A DNA stretch of 63,187 nucleotides, filler included, from Lenisia limosa (GCA_001655205.1; 21 parts of 21 records of this genome joined end to end with filler, not necessarily neighbours in it); one strand, 5' to 3'; positions 48,376 through 61,401 are shown, counted from the whole stretch's first letter. Notes: a model not told the origin generated them from the sequence alone. Translations and numbers: made by a program.

Positions 48376-48669
48376 ACTTATATTTTTTTTTAGTGTACTG
48401 ATGTACACAACATTTGTAAACTAAGGTATTATTTAGTTCTGTTTTATTGTGATCTGAATATATTATCTGATATAGTTGTGATACTAAGTGATTGTCATTA
48501 AAAATCATAAACAAGATGAAAGATAGCATTGGAATACATTAAAAATACAATAGAAAAGTAGACTAGGAAACCCTTTTTATACAACCTCAATAAAACCGCG
48601 ATACATTACAAACCTTCATGATTCCTACAACACTTAGATAAATCTATTTTTTATTTTTTTTTTCGGACT

Positions 48670-50615
48670 CTATATTAGAATGAAAGGTTGTTTTCCGCTT
48701 ACTATTTCCATATCTTCACATTTCACGTCCTCTATCACCTTATACGAATCTCCCATCTAAAGATTAATTGCAAAAGAAACGCTGTTATACAAGTTAACTC
48801 TGGTTTTTTAAAAAAAAGAGGGGGGGGGGGAGAACGGATTTCAATAATATAAATCAATTGGCAGATATCTTTTTCGAACTGAAGTGAAGTGACCAAAACA
48901 AACGGAATGTTTCTTGAATTCCAAAACAACCCACATCTTCCAAGACCACGAACTGGTCGTTTGCCTTATTTTTTGCTTTGACTACGGGTTTGAAGCCAAG
49001 ACCATCCAATTTCGCATCAGGATCTTTAACCAAATCTTTTGTGAGGAATGTGCCTTCAGGAAAGCTGGAACGTTAAGGTGTATGTATGTGTGTGGCCTTG
49101 AAGTATAAGTAAATGAATTTCAACAACAGTGATGAGCTCAAACCAATTTCACAAAGAAGTTAGATATTCCCCATCCCTGCTCTCCCCTCATTTCATTCAT
49201 CAAGACCACGGTAACAAATCAAACCTTCTGGAAGGGGGACATGCTAGAATAGTGAGAAAAACATGGAACCGTTGAGATTAGGTGTTGAAAGCTCTCGAAA
49301 AAAATGAATATGAGGCTGCAGAAACAGGCTGCATACGAAGAGGGTCGAAGAGTGAACGTGGCGGCAACGTTCGATAGGAGTCAGCAATAAGGGTCTTGAT
49401 CATGTTATCAACGCACCAAGCCAGGGCCTGGACGGCAGGCTTTGACACGGTTGTTACGTGGTCTTCAATGAAGGTCTCTTCAAGTCGCTTGATTACTCGA
49501 TTTCTGGAGAGACGGTGAGCTCCATTATGATGGGAATAGCATAGAGTCGTATGAACATTTCCTTCCTATTTAACTGGAAACAAACGCAAAGATCTGCCCC
49601 AAACCACTACTCAAAACACTACTAAGTAGCTCAAGCAATCTCCAAACAATGTGAATAATAAAGATTGGTGTAGGAAGAGCTTGAACAGATCACAAAGGTC
49701 AATGAATCTCGGTAACCAATAACACTAAGAGACTGCCAAACCTGACAGCAAGCAAAGACACCGTACAGCGAGGAAGCGGTGTAGGCACAAACTGGTCCAT
49801 CAGTCGGCCATCTTTGATAGGCATGGGTGGCTTCTTGCTCTTTGGCGGTGACGGCGGCTTCACATCAGCAGGTAGAGGGGCAAGGGGAGGGATCAGGGGA
49901 GTGGGTTGGGGAAGGAGGGATGGGTCAGCGTTGGGGTATTGTTTGGCAACAAGTTCAGTTCTGAAGTTGTCCACGGTAGTAAAGCCTGTGTAGACCCCCT
50001 GGTTCCAGAGATATTCAACCAACTCAAGCTGGAAGGCGTCCACTTCTTTTGATTCAGCATTTGCGATTTGTTGAACACATTTTTCCTATAGAAAATAAGA
50101 AAATCAGGCCCCAATCCAAGAACAAACTGGTAGTTGCTCAGGAACCACTGCATAGTTTCCAGTTTCCATATTGCTGACGGTGGTTTTGAGGATCACTGCC
50201 ATAACAAAGTTGTGAAAGCTTACTAGAAACTGTTAGAAAACCATAATTTGCATTCACAAAAAAATGAAAACGCATTCGAACTGCTTACCATCTCCATTAA
50301 ATAATTCTCTAATGGTGATATCCAACTCATCATGCGAACGCTTCCCCTAGAGCATATAAGAGGAGAATATCAACAGATCGGTACACAACTGCATATTCAG
50401 ACACATACTCTAATATAAAGGCTAAGAAACCTCCAGTAAAGGCTTGCGAGCTTATCTCCCAAAAGGTGAAACACTAATGGCTTTAAATCTTTAATGTGGG
50501 GCAGTGTATGTAATTTAGGTGCACTATATTTTGGTCTGCGCGGGTTAAGTGTGTTGACATTGCTCTTAGGCGGCTTTTTGACCGAGGACTTTGGTGGTCC
50601 TTTGTATTTGGCCAT
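48670..50615 (-). CDS. TADA1: SAGA subunit TADA1/Ada1/Hfi1-like
   Basis: IKDLKPLVFHLLGDKLASLYWRFLSLYIR|GKRSHDELDITIRELFNGD|VSFHNFVMAVILK fits the SAGA-Tad1 N-terminus. RNRVIKRLEETFIEDHVTTVSKPAVQALAWCVDNMIKTLI fits its histone fold. The 3' end is approximate. Confidence 0.68.
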
Positions 50616-50973
50616 TTAAGCTGTTTGCAATTATGTAATTATTTTTCTTCTATTCTTTTTAGTTTTTTTTCTTCACTTTTTTTTCATCAATTTTTTCATT
50701 TTTATATAGGTTAATATTAGGGGTTTATATGAATTGTGTTTTTTTGTTTTTGCTTTTTTGCTCTTTCTTTTCTGTTTTTCTGCATTGTTGTTTGTTTGTT
50801 TTTTAAGAGGAAATATACTGACACTTGTTTCTCTTGACAGTGTTGCCACTTTTTTTTATACTGCTGAAGTTCTGCGTCAACCCACAACTCGATGGTATGC
50901 GCTGACTGCTTTATCTTTTAAAAACCACACACACAGAAATAACACACCTCGAGCCCAGCGGTTATTTTTGAGC

Positions 50974-53900
50974 ATGATTTCCTCTTCTTCTAAGCTGATT
51001 ATAGGACGCCCTTAACCCTGTCCTTTTTTTTGAGGCGGCAGTGGAGTCTATCCATGGAGCATTAGGCCTTCCGGTACGGAACTATGCATTATCTGCAGAT
51101 CACCATCAGTCACTGCTGTATATCATCGGTCTAGAATGATCAGATCCGCTTTGTCGTGTGCCTGCTCTTTTCGTTGCCTCTTGGTGCTGTATTTCGTTTT
51201 CTTCCCAAGAATGAGACCCTTAGAGTTTGGGGGTATGATTCCATGGCAACTCCCCGTCAGTTTTACCATAAACTGTTGTGGTGGTGAACTATTCCAGAAT
51301 AATGTAAATGCGCAATTTCACTAAATATCAATGAAGACGTTGATTTTTTTTTGTTTTTTCAATATTGACAACATTTTAAATTTTCAAGTCAGTCTTTTTT
51401 GTTTTTGCTTTGTTTGATTTTACTTGTGCTCTTATCACAGCTTTTGGAAAGAGGTCTTCTAACCGAGTAGCATTGGTATACTATGTGTTCTGGAGCCTTT
51501 CTGGGTTACCTTGTTTTCGGCCCCACCCTGTTTCATAGTGCTCTCACCACCATTGTCACGTACGTTGGGCATATGAATGAGACGAATCATAATGATATAA
51601 ACCAGCATACCGTATAGGAGGGGAGTGTTTAAGCATTTTGATAAAATCTTGTCCAATAGAGGGGGTTTTTTGGGTGGGCATAATACATACATAGCAATGA
51701 GAAATAAAAATTAAGGTTGTATCTGGCGGAAGCCGTCCACACCATCANNNNNNNNNNNNNNNNNNNNNNNNNNNNNNNNNNNNNNNNNNNNNNNNNNNNN
51801 NNNNNNNNNNNNNNNNNNNNNNNNNNNNNNNNNNNNNNNNNNNNNNNNNNNNNNNNNNNNNNNNNNNNNNNNNNNNNNNNNNNNNNNNNNNNNNNNNNNN
51901 NNNNNNNNNNNNNNNNNNNNNNNNNNNNNNNNNNNNNNNNNNNNNNNNNNNNNTACCTCCCAGCCAAATGGGCTCTTCTTACTTCTGTCCCCTTCGTTTT
52001 CTTCTACCTCTGTACTGCGTGAGTAAGGCTGAAAACTGCAATGACGACCGCTTTCCATACTCTTTATCAACTAAGTGTTGTTCTTACGATTTAGGCATAT
52101 TTATCGCCTTATTTTCGACTATGGTTCATGGACAATGGACTGGTCATCTCCCCAGGTTTGTGAACAATTCTTTGGACACATGGAGTCGTTAACAATTCAT
52201 TGTTTTAGATGATCGTTACCATTAAACTGACCTCTATTGTGTGGAACTACTACGATGGTGTTACCAAGAGCAAAGTTTGTTGTTAAGGACTTCATTTCAT
52301 TTCCAATTTAATAAATAAAGAAATCTCATTAGTTTTCTGACAATATTATTACTTTTGGAGTATCACCGTTTACAGTGAAGTGCTTATAAACAACTAACCA
52401 AATATATGTAGACATTGCCAAAGGAAATGCTACCCTTTGCCATCACCAGTGCACCTTCTCTCCTTGCTCTTCTCGGCCATATCTACTCATTCTTCAACTT
52501 TCTTGCCGGACCCGCGATTGAGTTTACCGAATACCAGCGCTTCATTTCTGGAGATCTTCACAAGGAGGTAAGTCAATAAGATTGTTTCTCCTAAGAGGGG
52601 ATTAACTCATATTGTTTGTTTTTTTCTCGCCACTTTTCAGATGTTACTCTAACATTGTAGTTTAAGGGAACTGGCATGCCGTTCTCCCTTCGCCATTTCC
52701 TCCAATGCATCATTTTTGCTTTCTTCAACTGTGGTATGGGGGTAGTATCTTGGTCATGTTTAAGGCGTTACTCATCTAAATTAGGACTTACTATGATGTC
52801 GGATATTTACGTCCCCGTGACTTACATCACGACAACTGACTTTGCCCTCCAGCCTTTTATCTACAGGTTAGTGACTGATCCAGTTTTCAGTTTCGTTTTG
52901 TTCGTATTTGGATTGATGAACAAGATATGAACCTCCACGTGTGTTATGTAACATTAGGTCGTTAGAACAATAAAACTATATCATATAATATATATAGTAT
53001 ATTATATATATTCCAATGCTTTGACCCCTTCAGGTTTAGTTTCACGTGGGTCGCTTCGATTCTCAACAGATGCAAATACTACTTTGGATGGTTCCTTGCT
53101 GGTGGGTAGGGAACTCTTTGCAAATGAGAAGGAACAGCAGTGAAAATGAACGTATCCTAACCATGACATTCAGAGGCATCGTGTTCATGCTGTGGCCTTT
53201 CGTTCAACGGATACAACGCTGAGGGTGAAGAGCAATGGTGGGTGTATTGCCTTTATTGGTATTGAAACGGGCACATTGATTGTTTTGCAGGGACCGCTGT
53301 CAGAACGTCCAGGTTCTCTCCATCGAGACATCTCAGTCAATGAAGCAGCTCACTGCATCCTGGAATATTGGTGAGCAAAGGGACTGGCAACAAGTAGGGG
53401 TGTTGCTTGATGCCATTTTTGGAACTACGAACTGTCCTCACCTCATAGCAACATCAAGGTGGTTGAGACGCTACGTGTACTACCGTTTCGGTCTTGACAG
53501 CCAAGGCAAGTCGACTGGGTGGAGTACCTTTGCTACTTTCGCTGTGTCTGCATTCTGGCATGGCTTCTACCCTGTAAGCTGTTACCTAAGACTACCTGGT
53601 GCTGTTAACACCATGTACTTTGTTGTGACCATCACGTCTGACCAAACAGGGCTACTACATCATGTTCTTGACGGCCGCTCTTTATGTGGAAACTTCGAAG
53701 GCCCTTCGTCGTCGTCTGCATTGGACTGTCGAGAGCAACGGGGTGAGCTATTGGGAACATTGGCTCATATATTGTTATTTCTCTTTACCTAATTTCATCC
53801 CCAGCCCTTTGCTGCATACAAGCCGATTTATGACGCTATTGGCTCTTTCGGTATCTCCTTCATGGTCAACTATTTCACTCTTCCTTTCGTGGTTGGAGGG

Positions 53901-54110
53901 AAACCCGGGCTTGGCTTTGCTATGTTGAGAGGATTCTTCCGTTGACTTCTTTTTAGCTCCTTTCATTTGAGGCGACATGGACGCACTTTTGTAACGTCTT
54001 TTTCAGTGGACACATCTTCTGGATTGGCGTGTATCTTCTTCTCCTGTATGTTGCGTGCCATGCTCATCAACCTGGTCTCTAATTCCACTCACTCCTTAGG
54101 TCCCCTCTGA
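50974..54110 (+). CDS. MBOAT-family lysophospholipid acyltransferase (LPCAT3/Ale1/MBOAT1-2 type)
   Basis: HIYRLIFDYGSWTMD, MIVTIKLTSIVWNYYD, PSLLALLGHIYSFFNFLAGP, WNI...SRWLRRYVYYR, SAFWHGFYP. The start is approximate. Confidence 0.92.
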
Positions 54111-54585
54111 GTAACCTTTATATCCCTACCAAACCCAAAATCAAGCATGCTTGATTGAAATTTGTTATAATGGAATATTACTTTTCATGTGGACTACATA
54201 TTTCAATTCCCCTCACAAAGGGGGGGGGGGGNNNNNNNNNNNNNNNNNNNNNNNNNNNNNNNNNNNNNNNNNNNNNNNNNNNNNNNNNNNNNNNNNNNNN
54301 NNNNNNNNNNNNNNNNNNNGATAACAACAAAACAAAGCCCAGGCCAGTGGCTTCTGCAGCACCGCATCCCATCACTTTGAAACGCTATCATTAAGCTCCA
54401 TCACTCAAAATAAAAGCAGCAAAACAAAGTAAAAGATGCAAAAATAATCATAAATAAAGAATTATTGATAAAAGCAGCTGTCTTAGAAATAAAAAAATGA
54501 TGAAAAACGTCGCCCTACGCCATGATAAAAAAACATATCTAGTGTACATCAAGAAAAAGAAAATAGACCATAGACCACGTTACAC

Positions 54586-54907
54586 TTAAGAACTAGGGGT
54601 GGGGGCAGCACCTTGCTCGTTGAGAAGGTTCTGTTCCTGGAACCTCTGGCTAACACGAGCAGAGTGCTTCAGAAACTTCTGAACACAACGCTGCACGCAA
54701 ACTGACTCCTAAAAATGTGAGAGAAGATGGAGGGAGGCTTAGACAAACTCTAGAATCAAGAGAACGAATCTTAAAGTTGAAAACGCATGTTTTAAAGCAG
54801 TTTTCCACAAGTCCGTTGTACATATTGAGGGAATCTTCAACAGATTTGACTTCCATTACTTCCATCATAGCTTGCTCTTGAGCAGTGGGTCCTGAACTTC
54901 CAAACAT
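54586..54907 (-). CDS. TIM9: Small Tim chaperone Tim9 (complete, 2 exons)
   Basis: Exons 54907-54749 and 54708-54586 with a 40-nt intron. Twin CX3C motifs (CFKTC, CVQRC) plus [17 protein letters not shown], the Tim9 signature. Confidence 0.95.
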
Positions 54908-55156
54908 TGTGTTTACTGTATTAAAAAGAGATATATAATCTCGAAAAAAGAACGATAGAACGATTTTGCTGTGTTTTGGCCAAAAACCATTGAAATGACA
55001 AGATCCTGTTGATCAGCTATCTTGAGATACTAACCAAAGGGCAGGGATTTTACACCACTTGCCTCCTTTAATGATTAAATAAATGATTAATGATTCATTG
55101 CCGTACCTTATTGATCAGTTTTCGAGAATGTGATTCCCATTCTTCTTAGAGCCGCC

Positions 55157-57078
55157 ATGAATACCCTTCATGCCTTCTCAGTCTTCCCATGTTTTGAAGA
55201 AAGCAGTAACAATGCTGAAAACAGCCCATTACTCACAAATGATGCAGTGACCACTCTCCTCAACCCCAACCATCCAAGTCGTCTATCAGTAGTAACTACC
55301 CTCTCAAAGTAAGTTGTGACAGTGTCTTTTGGGTTAAAATGTCTTGATAATGATGAATTGAAAATATGTGTTTCATAAATTGAATGTTACAAGTGCAGTG
55401 CTATTTTGATATCAACATAATATTGTGTTGTGGTATTGCATAAACCTTTTTCTTATTTCTTTTACGACACTCTCATTTTTTGTGTTTCATGACATTGAAT
55501 AGGTCGCAACCAGCGCATGTGACGTCGTCAGCTTTGTGCGGTACATTTGGGGCTTCACCAACCCCATGTTCCCCTGCCCATGATTGGTGTGCTGGTGTTG
55601 TGGGGGGGGGGGGGTTCTTGGNNNNNNNNNNNNNNNNNNNNNNNNNNNNNNNNNNNNNNNNNNNNNNNNNNNNNNNNNNNNNNNNNNNNNNNNNNNNNNN
55701 NNNATAATAGCATTTTTAAGATCTTTCAAAATAGGCATTATTTCATAAGGTATCATATTAAGGTAGCTAGAGTACGAACATCTCTTATCCCTTTTTTGGG
55801 ATGAGTAGCTTCTTTTTCTAGACTGACCAGATTCATAAAACCATTGTATATACTGACCAAATAGTGCGATGATCTTTTCAGTTTCAAGGTTTAATGTTGG
55901 AAATATAAAAGTCCAAATTGAGCTGATGCTAACCATCACAGGACTGGCGGTACCGCCATTGAAGTAACTGCTTGTGAGCCTGCTTCCAATATCCTTGCAC
56001 TCTCAGTATCATCACCCCTGGATTTTGAAGGAGTTGAGGCTTTGAAAGAGCGCCAACTTCTTGGCCATGATCAGGAAGTTTGGGGGGGGGGTGATTTCAA
56101 TGCAGATGTCAATTTTGACCATATTAGGCGATTTCTACGATTATTGAGGAATCAGAGGCATCGTTCCTCCGAGCTGCACTCATAGCCTCTGTTCTTTCCA
56201 ATATGCTCATTCTAGTTTCAGAAACAACATCATTCGGTTTGTGTTGGTTTGCTTTGGTATCTTTTTACACTCATTAGACCGATATTGGTCCGAACTACTC
56301 ACGCGACTGGAGGAGGTGCGACAAATGCTCAACCCTTCCCTGAACCGTTTCATGAAAAACCAGCTCAAAGGGCCTGTGAGGGGGTTTCAGCTGTTGTTGA
56401 AGTGGGAAGTATGATGTAGCGAGAGTTAAGGAAATGTCTGCTCTAATTTTGATTTAAATGTGTTTTGATGCCTAGCAAATACAGTGTTTGGTTGTATTTC
56501 ACAACAATAGCTCCGGTCAGCGCTCCCTGGGCTGCCGAAAAACGTGAACCGCGACCGACCTACCACAACATGGGGCGGGTCGGGTCTTCTTGTCGGCGCT
56601 GTTTCGTGGTCCGAAAGTAAGATTACCGGGAAGGGGGGTTGGGCTCGGAAAGCTATCNNNNNNNNNNNNNNNNNNNNNNNNNNNNNNNNNNNNNNNNNNN
56701 NNNNNNNNNNNNNNNNNNNNNNNNNNNNNNNNNNNNNNNNNNNNNNNNNNNNNNNNNNNNNNNNNAGCATATCCATTCATTTCTTATTGTTTCAGAAACA
56801 ACCACGCATCGAGGCAATATGACGCGCAACATTCTGAGCGACATATCGGGACTGGGCATCACCTGCGCCAACCCCTTCCTCTATGTTGCATCCCCGGATG
56901 ATCCTGGTTTGTTTAACTAAGTCATTAATATGAACCGCATGTTGGGTTTTTTTTTTATAAAAGAGATTCCTCCTCATAGACATATTTAGAGCCGATTTCA
57001 CACCTCCGAGACCTGGTGCTGTCCCAGAAAGACCACTCAAAACCAGTGTGTTCGTCAGGTCCTTGGCCAGGAGCAGTT
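55157..57078 (+). CDS. SMG8: SMG8-like nonsense-mediated decay factor (pseudo-G domain), partial
   Basis: Starts GCCGCCATG. In-phase exons give NILALSVSSPLD...FLRAALIASVLSNMLILVSETTSFDRYWSELLTRLEEVRQMLNPSL, resembling SMG8 LLYLFSVCHILLLVHPTCSFDITYDRVFRALDGLRQKVLPLL. No intact P-loop. Confidence 0.58.
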
Positions 57079-58295
57079 GTTCTTCTCAATATTTGGGCAA
57101 AACAAGGTGCGTCTAGATGTGGTTTCTTTAAATAATGTGATAGTGTTCAGGAGTACACGTTTTTTACAGCTTGGGACGGTCTCTTATTACTCATTGCTTT
57201 TTTAGAGTTCTCAAACATTCTTGATGCATGTAAACAAGTTATTAAGACTTCGTGAGGGAGGGGGGGGGGGCTAATACAATTTTACTAAACGAAATGTATT
57301 TGTGGCTTCGTTCTGATTGTTATATTTCTTATTTAGCTATANNNNNNNNNNNNNNNNNNNNNNNNNNNNNNNNNNNNNNNNNNNNNNNNNNNNNNNNNNN
57401 NNNNNNNNNNNNNNNNATTTAGGAGTTAACTCACCCCAGGATTGAACGTCGTGTGTCTGCCACTGCGGCGACAGAGGTTCAGATACCCCAGCCAACCCAG
57501 CCAAAGACACAACTTGAAAATGATTCCCTGAAGACCAGGAACTGGATGCCCCGCACGGACTCCCGACAGAGGGCCAACCAGAGGCAACCGTCACGCTATG
57601 AACAATCCAGCAGACAAGTCGCCCCGGGCCAGGTACCTCAGGGCCCAAGACAGCTTTATGTGGTCTGATGGGGGGGGGGGGGGNNNNNNNNNNNNNNNNN
57701 NNNNNNNNNNNNNNNNNNNNNNNNNNNNNNNNNNNNNNNNNNNNNNNNNNNNNNNNNNNNNNNNNNNNNNNNNNNNNNNNNNNNNNNNNNNNNNNNNNNN
57801 NNNCTCATCAAGACAATTGGGGTGAAGGCAGAGGGAGAAGAAGAATACAGCGCTGAGTGGTTTGTTTGGGTGGGTAAGAGACTATTTTGACGATGACCCA
57901 TAACTGTTCAGGTTTCTCTGTTCAAAGAGATTGCTTTTGGAACCACCAGAAAGCCAGCTAAGGAAAACCCATCTTCCACTACTATGATAATACTGTTTTT
58001 GTTTTGTTATTACGTTCTGTTAATACAGACAGGCTTACGTTTTGTTTTTTCCGAACTTGTTACTTTTTTTTTACTTTTAAAATTGTTTGCCAATAATGGC
58101 TCCTGTTGCTACATATTCTTGGAGTAAGAAACATTGGAGTTGCATTGAAGGAATTCCCCCACCCCCAATACACATAAACTGGGGGTATAAACATGGGGTG
58201 AACAGTTTTCTAAAGGAATAGTGAATAATTGGAGGCCTCTTTTGCCTTCTTTTGGCCGTGTACTTGTATAGATTATTGTGGAATTATAGGACTAG

Positions 58296-59064
58296 AAGTG
58301 GGAGCATCGAGGATTCTTGAGTGAGGGTACTATCGCGGATAAACCGGTATTTTCTACCGTTAAAGCGCTCGATAGTCGTTAGTTCAGGATCAGATTGATA
58401 CGAAGATGTCAAGGGAAGTCCAAGATGATGAAAAAGGTTGGACAGTGTTCTAATCCCCCCTTTTCCCCGAAGGAAGAGGATATTTGCTTTTATAACCCCG
58501 TAACTAACATTTTATGACATAATTATTACGCAAGGATTTGTATTACTCCAAGTTTCCTTCTCTTTTGTTTGGAAATCATTGTTGTTGACCCTCTCTTGTC
58601 CCTTAGCGCAGTATTTTTGTTTATTTAAAAGGTATAGATCTGTGAAGGGTGTCTCCTCTTTATTCCCCCTTTTGACTCTTTTCACCCACCCCACTCGTCT
58701 CACTTCTCTTCTTACCAGCTGAAGGCCTATTATATTTCAAATTTTCTAATAGCGGTCAAATGGTGAAATTTTGCATGAGAATCTTTGAGTTCCTCTTGAA
58801 TGGGTCCGTTCTAATTACTTCAGACTTCGTGTCCACCTTGGTGTTCCCTTTCGAACAAATCATCTTTCAGTGTAGGAGGGAATATGTTGATCTTTCAGTA
58901 TCTGGTTGCTTCCCTCTATTCCTCCCCTCCCCCCTCCCCCCAAAAAAAAAAGTCCAAAAAAGGAATGTCACAGTCGCACCTTAATGCACTCATCACTCAG
59001 CATGGATCAAGAAGACTAAGAGGCAGAAGGTAGATGAGAGATTGCTCGTTATCACAGAATACAG
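58296..59064 (+). CDS. N-terminal exons of a CARMIL/LRRC16-like PH-domain protein
   Basis: FEQIIFQ|SWIKKTKRQKVDERLLVITEYR resembles the CARMIL PH pattern W.xK...K.xxRxLVxTxxR. Confidence 0.4.
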
Positions 59065-59202
59065 GTTTGCACAGGAAGAGAGGGCCGNNNNNNNNNNNNN
59101 NNNNNNNNNNNNNNNNNNNNNNNNNNNNNNNTTAATTAATTAANNNNNNNNNNNNNNNNNNNNNNNNNNNNNNNNNNNNNNNNNNNNGGGGGGGGGGGGG
59201 CA

Positions 59203-59823
59203 TACCAGTGTCAGAAGTGGTACGGCCGACAGCAAGGGAAGACGAGTGTGTTTCACATCTGAACGTGGGATTGGCGCCCGAGGTGCTCAGCCGTCTCTTA
59301 GACTTGGCAGCTGTTCCTGACGACGCTCTTCCTGTTGCCGTACCTTCGGTTATTGACTTGGAGACTAAAAGGTTAGTAACAATACAAACAACGGGAAGAC
59401 ATGATTTAAGTCCTTCATTTGATCTTTTCTTCCATCATACGAGCTTCTCCCCTGGACAAGTCAGTTTTAAACAGAGGCATGAAATATACCCACTTTGTGT
59501 ATCCCTTAGCCGTCGGGAACCGCTCGTTGTCCTCAACCGTGGCTCCAAGGTCGAGAAGATATCTGATTGTCAGAAACTCTGCAAAAACAAACTCCTTGAA
59601 AAACTCCAGATCAGGATCTTGAAGCAGTGCTGGTTGCTTTCTTAAAAGCTACAAAGTTAGATCGTAGGAATAAGTGCCATAACATACCGCGGTGACATCC
59701 TCCAAGACCTGGGTCAATTTCCCGCGGGGAACCCAAGGTTCAACTTCTTCGGGGCTCTGAACAATATTAGACGGCAAATGGCACAGTAGGGAAAGGTGAA
59801 TCAGTCAAAAAGCTTACCGTCAT
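59203..59823 (-). CDS. Protein with an Hsc70-interacting protein N-terminal (HipN-like) dimerisation domain, partial
   Basis: LEDVTA|LLRKQPALLQDPDLEFFKE|YLLDLGATV matches the HipN pattern LLKxxPxLLxxPxLxFFKxYLxxLGAxxP. It requires a 30-nt intron. Confidence 0.55.
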
Positions 59824-60298
59824 TTTTACAATCCGCGCAGTTCAGTGAATGTGTATAAATATATCTGTATAGCCGTGATCCAGTGGCAAAATCCCTCCTG
59901 AAAGGAAAACAATAATTCCCTAAATAATCTAGCGCTCCAATTTCTAATATCTCCCAAAAATATGTACTATAATTAAACAACCTTTTAAAAGCCGATTAAA
60001 AGAGGGCCAAATTTCAAAACACAAATTTCATAAAAGGTCCCCGTCCCGTGAAAGAAGAAAAACGGAATTTTGTGAACGACAATTTGTGGTTATAAGGGTA
60101 GATTTAGCTGTAGTTTTTGACATAAGCATATTTAGAGTAGCTAGTAGTTTTAATCTCAATTTGGTTAATTTATATGGTTCGCTAACAGAAACACCTAGCA
60201 TGCTTTAAAGGTCTTTCAAAAGCTAGATAGGTGTAATTTTTTGTTTGTTGTAGTCTTCGATTGAATATACGGCCTGCTGGCCGAGCTAGTGTTTCATA

Positions 60299-61301
60299 AT
60301 GTCAACACAACGGGATTCAAAGTTAGAATGGAATTTTATGCAAGTATTTGGCGACAAAGGTGCTGTCGATGATGTTACAGAAGGTTTGGCTTTCGGAGTT
60401 TCTCTTTTTGTGATTCCCAACCAGCGGATATTATCTCCACTGTCGAATTTGACCATACGGGAGACTTTCTAGCGACTGGAGACAAAGGAGGACGAGTTGT
60501 TTTCTTTCAAAGGGTAAGCTTGCCAACTAAAGCTGAATAATACTCTTCAATATTGTTATTTCTAATAATATTCATGGGACTAAAGACTACCTGAGGGGTT
60601 TTGGCTGGTTTCTTTTGTTTTTTTTTACAGTTATTCCGCGCAGTGAGGGTGAAATCGGGTCAGATTACGCTTAACTGCTATTCTAGGTGCAACCCAGCAC
60701 AGTTAAGAAACCTGGAGGACGTCGCGCTGATGCCCCTCCTCCCGAGTTTCGCTTTTACACTGAATTCCAGTCCCATGAACCAGAGTTTGATTATTTGAAG
60801 AGTTTGGAAATCGAGGAAAAAGTAAACAAAGTCAAATGGCTTAAGTCTACGAACTCTGCTCGCCTTGTTTTAACCACTAATGGTGAGTCTACTCAAGATA
60901 TACTTCAAACAGGCTATTCTTTCCTTTCAGGACATTTTTCTTTTCGCTTCCACGTCACCTTTCACCCTCTCTCACCCTGTAGACAAAACTGTTAAGCTCT
61001 GGAAAGTCTATGACAAACAAGTCAAGAACGTCAGCTCCACAAATCTCGATGGTTGGTACTTTTTCTGATCTCCTTATGGCACAGATTCCTCCGTCTCTCG
61101 CCCAATGTCTTCCTCCGCCCTCCGCTTCCCCACGCTCTCCTCCCCTGAATCAATGGTTTGTGATTTGTGGAAACGCTTATTTGCCCAAGATTGCCACCGT
61201 TCCCCGTCGCGTCTACGGTAACGCCCACGCCTACCATATTTACTCCATTTCACTCAACTCCGATGGCGAGACCTACCTCTCTGCTGATGATCTTCGCATC
61301 A
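60299..61301 (+). CDS. CDC55: PP2A regulatory subunit B55 (PPP2R2/Cdc55), 5' part, truncated by contig end
   Basis: [103 protein letters not shown]. Confidence 0.98.
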
Positions 61302-61401
61302 NNNNNNNNNNNNNNNNNNNNNNNNNNNNNNNNNNNNNNNNNNNNTTAATTAATTAANNNNNNNNNNNNNNNNNNNNNNNNNNNNNNNNNNNNNNNNNNN
61401 N

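Noticed and set aside
55157-56390. RHD3/Sey1 or GBP GTPase (DFEG as G3)
   Set aside because: There is no P-loop, and the downstream LILVSETTSFDRYW..RLEEVRQML fits SMG8 better.
59208-59645. 145-aa plus-strand ORF
   Set aside because: It is antisense to the HipN-like spliced gene and has no recognisable motif.
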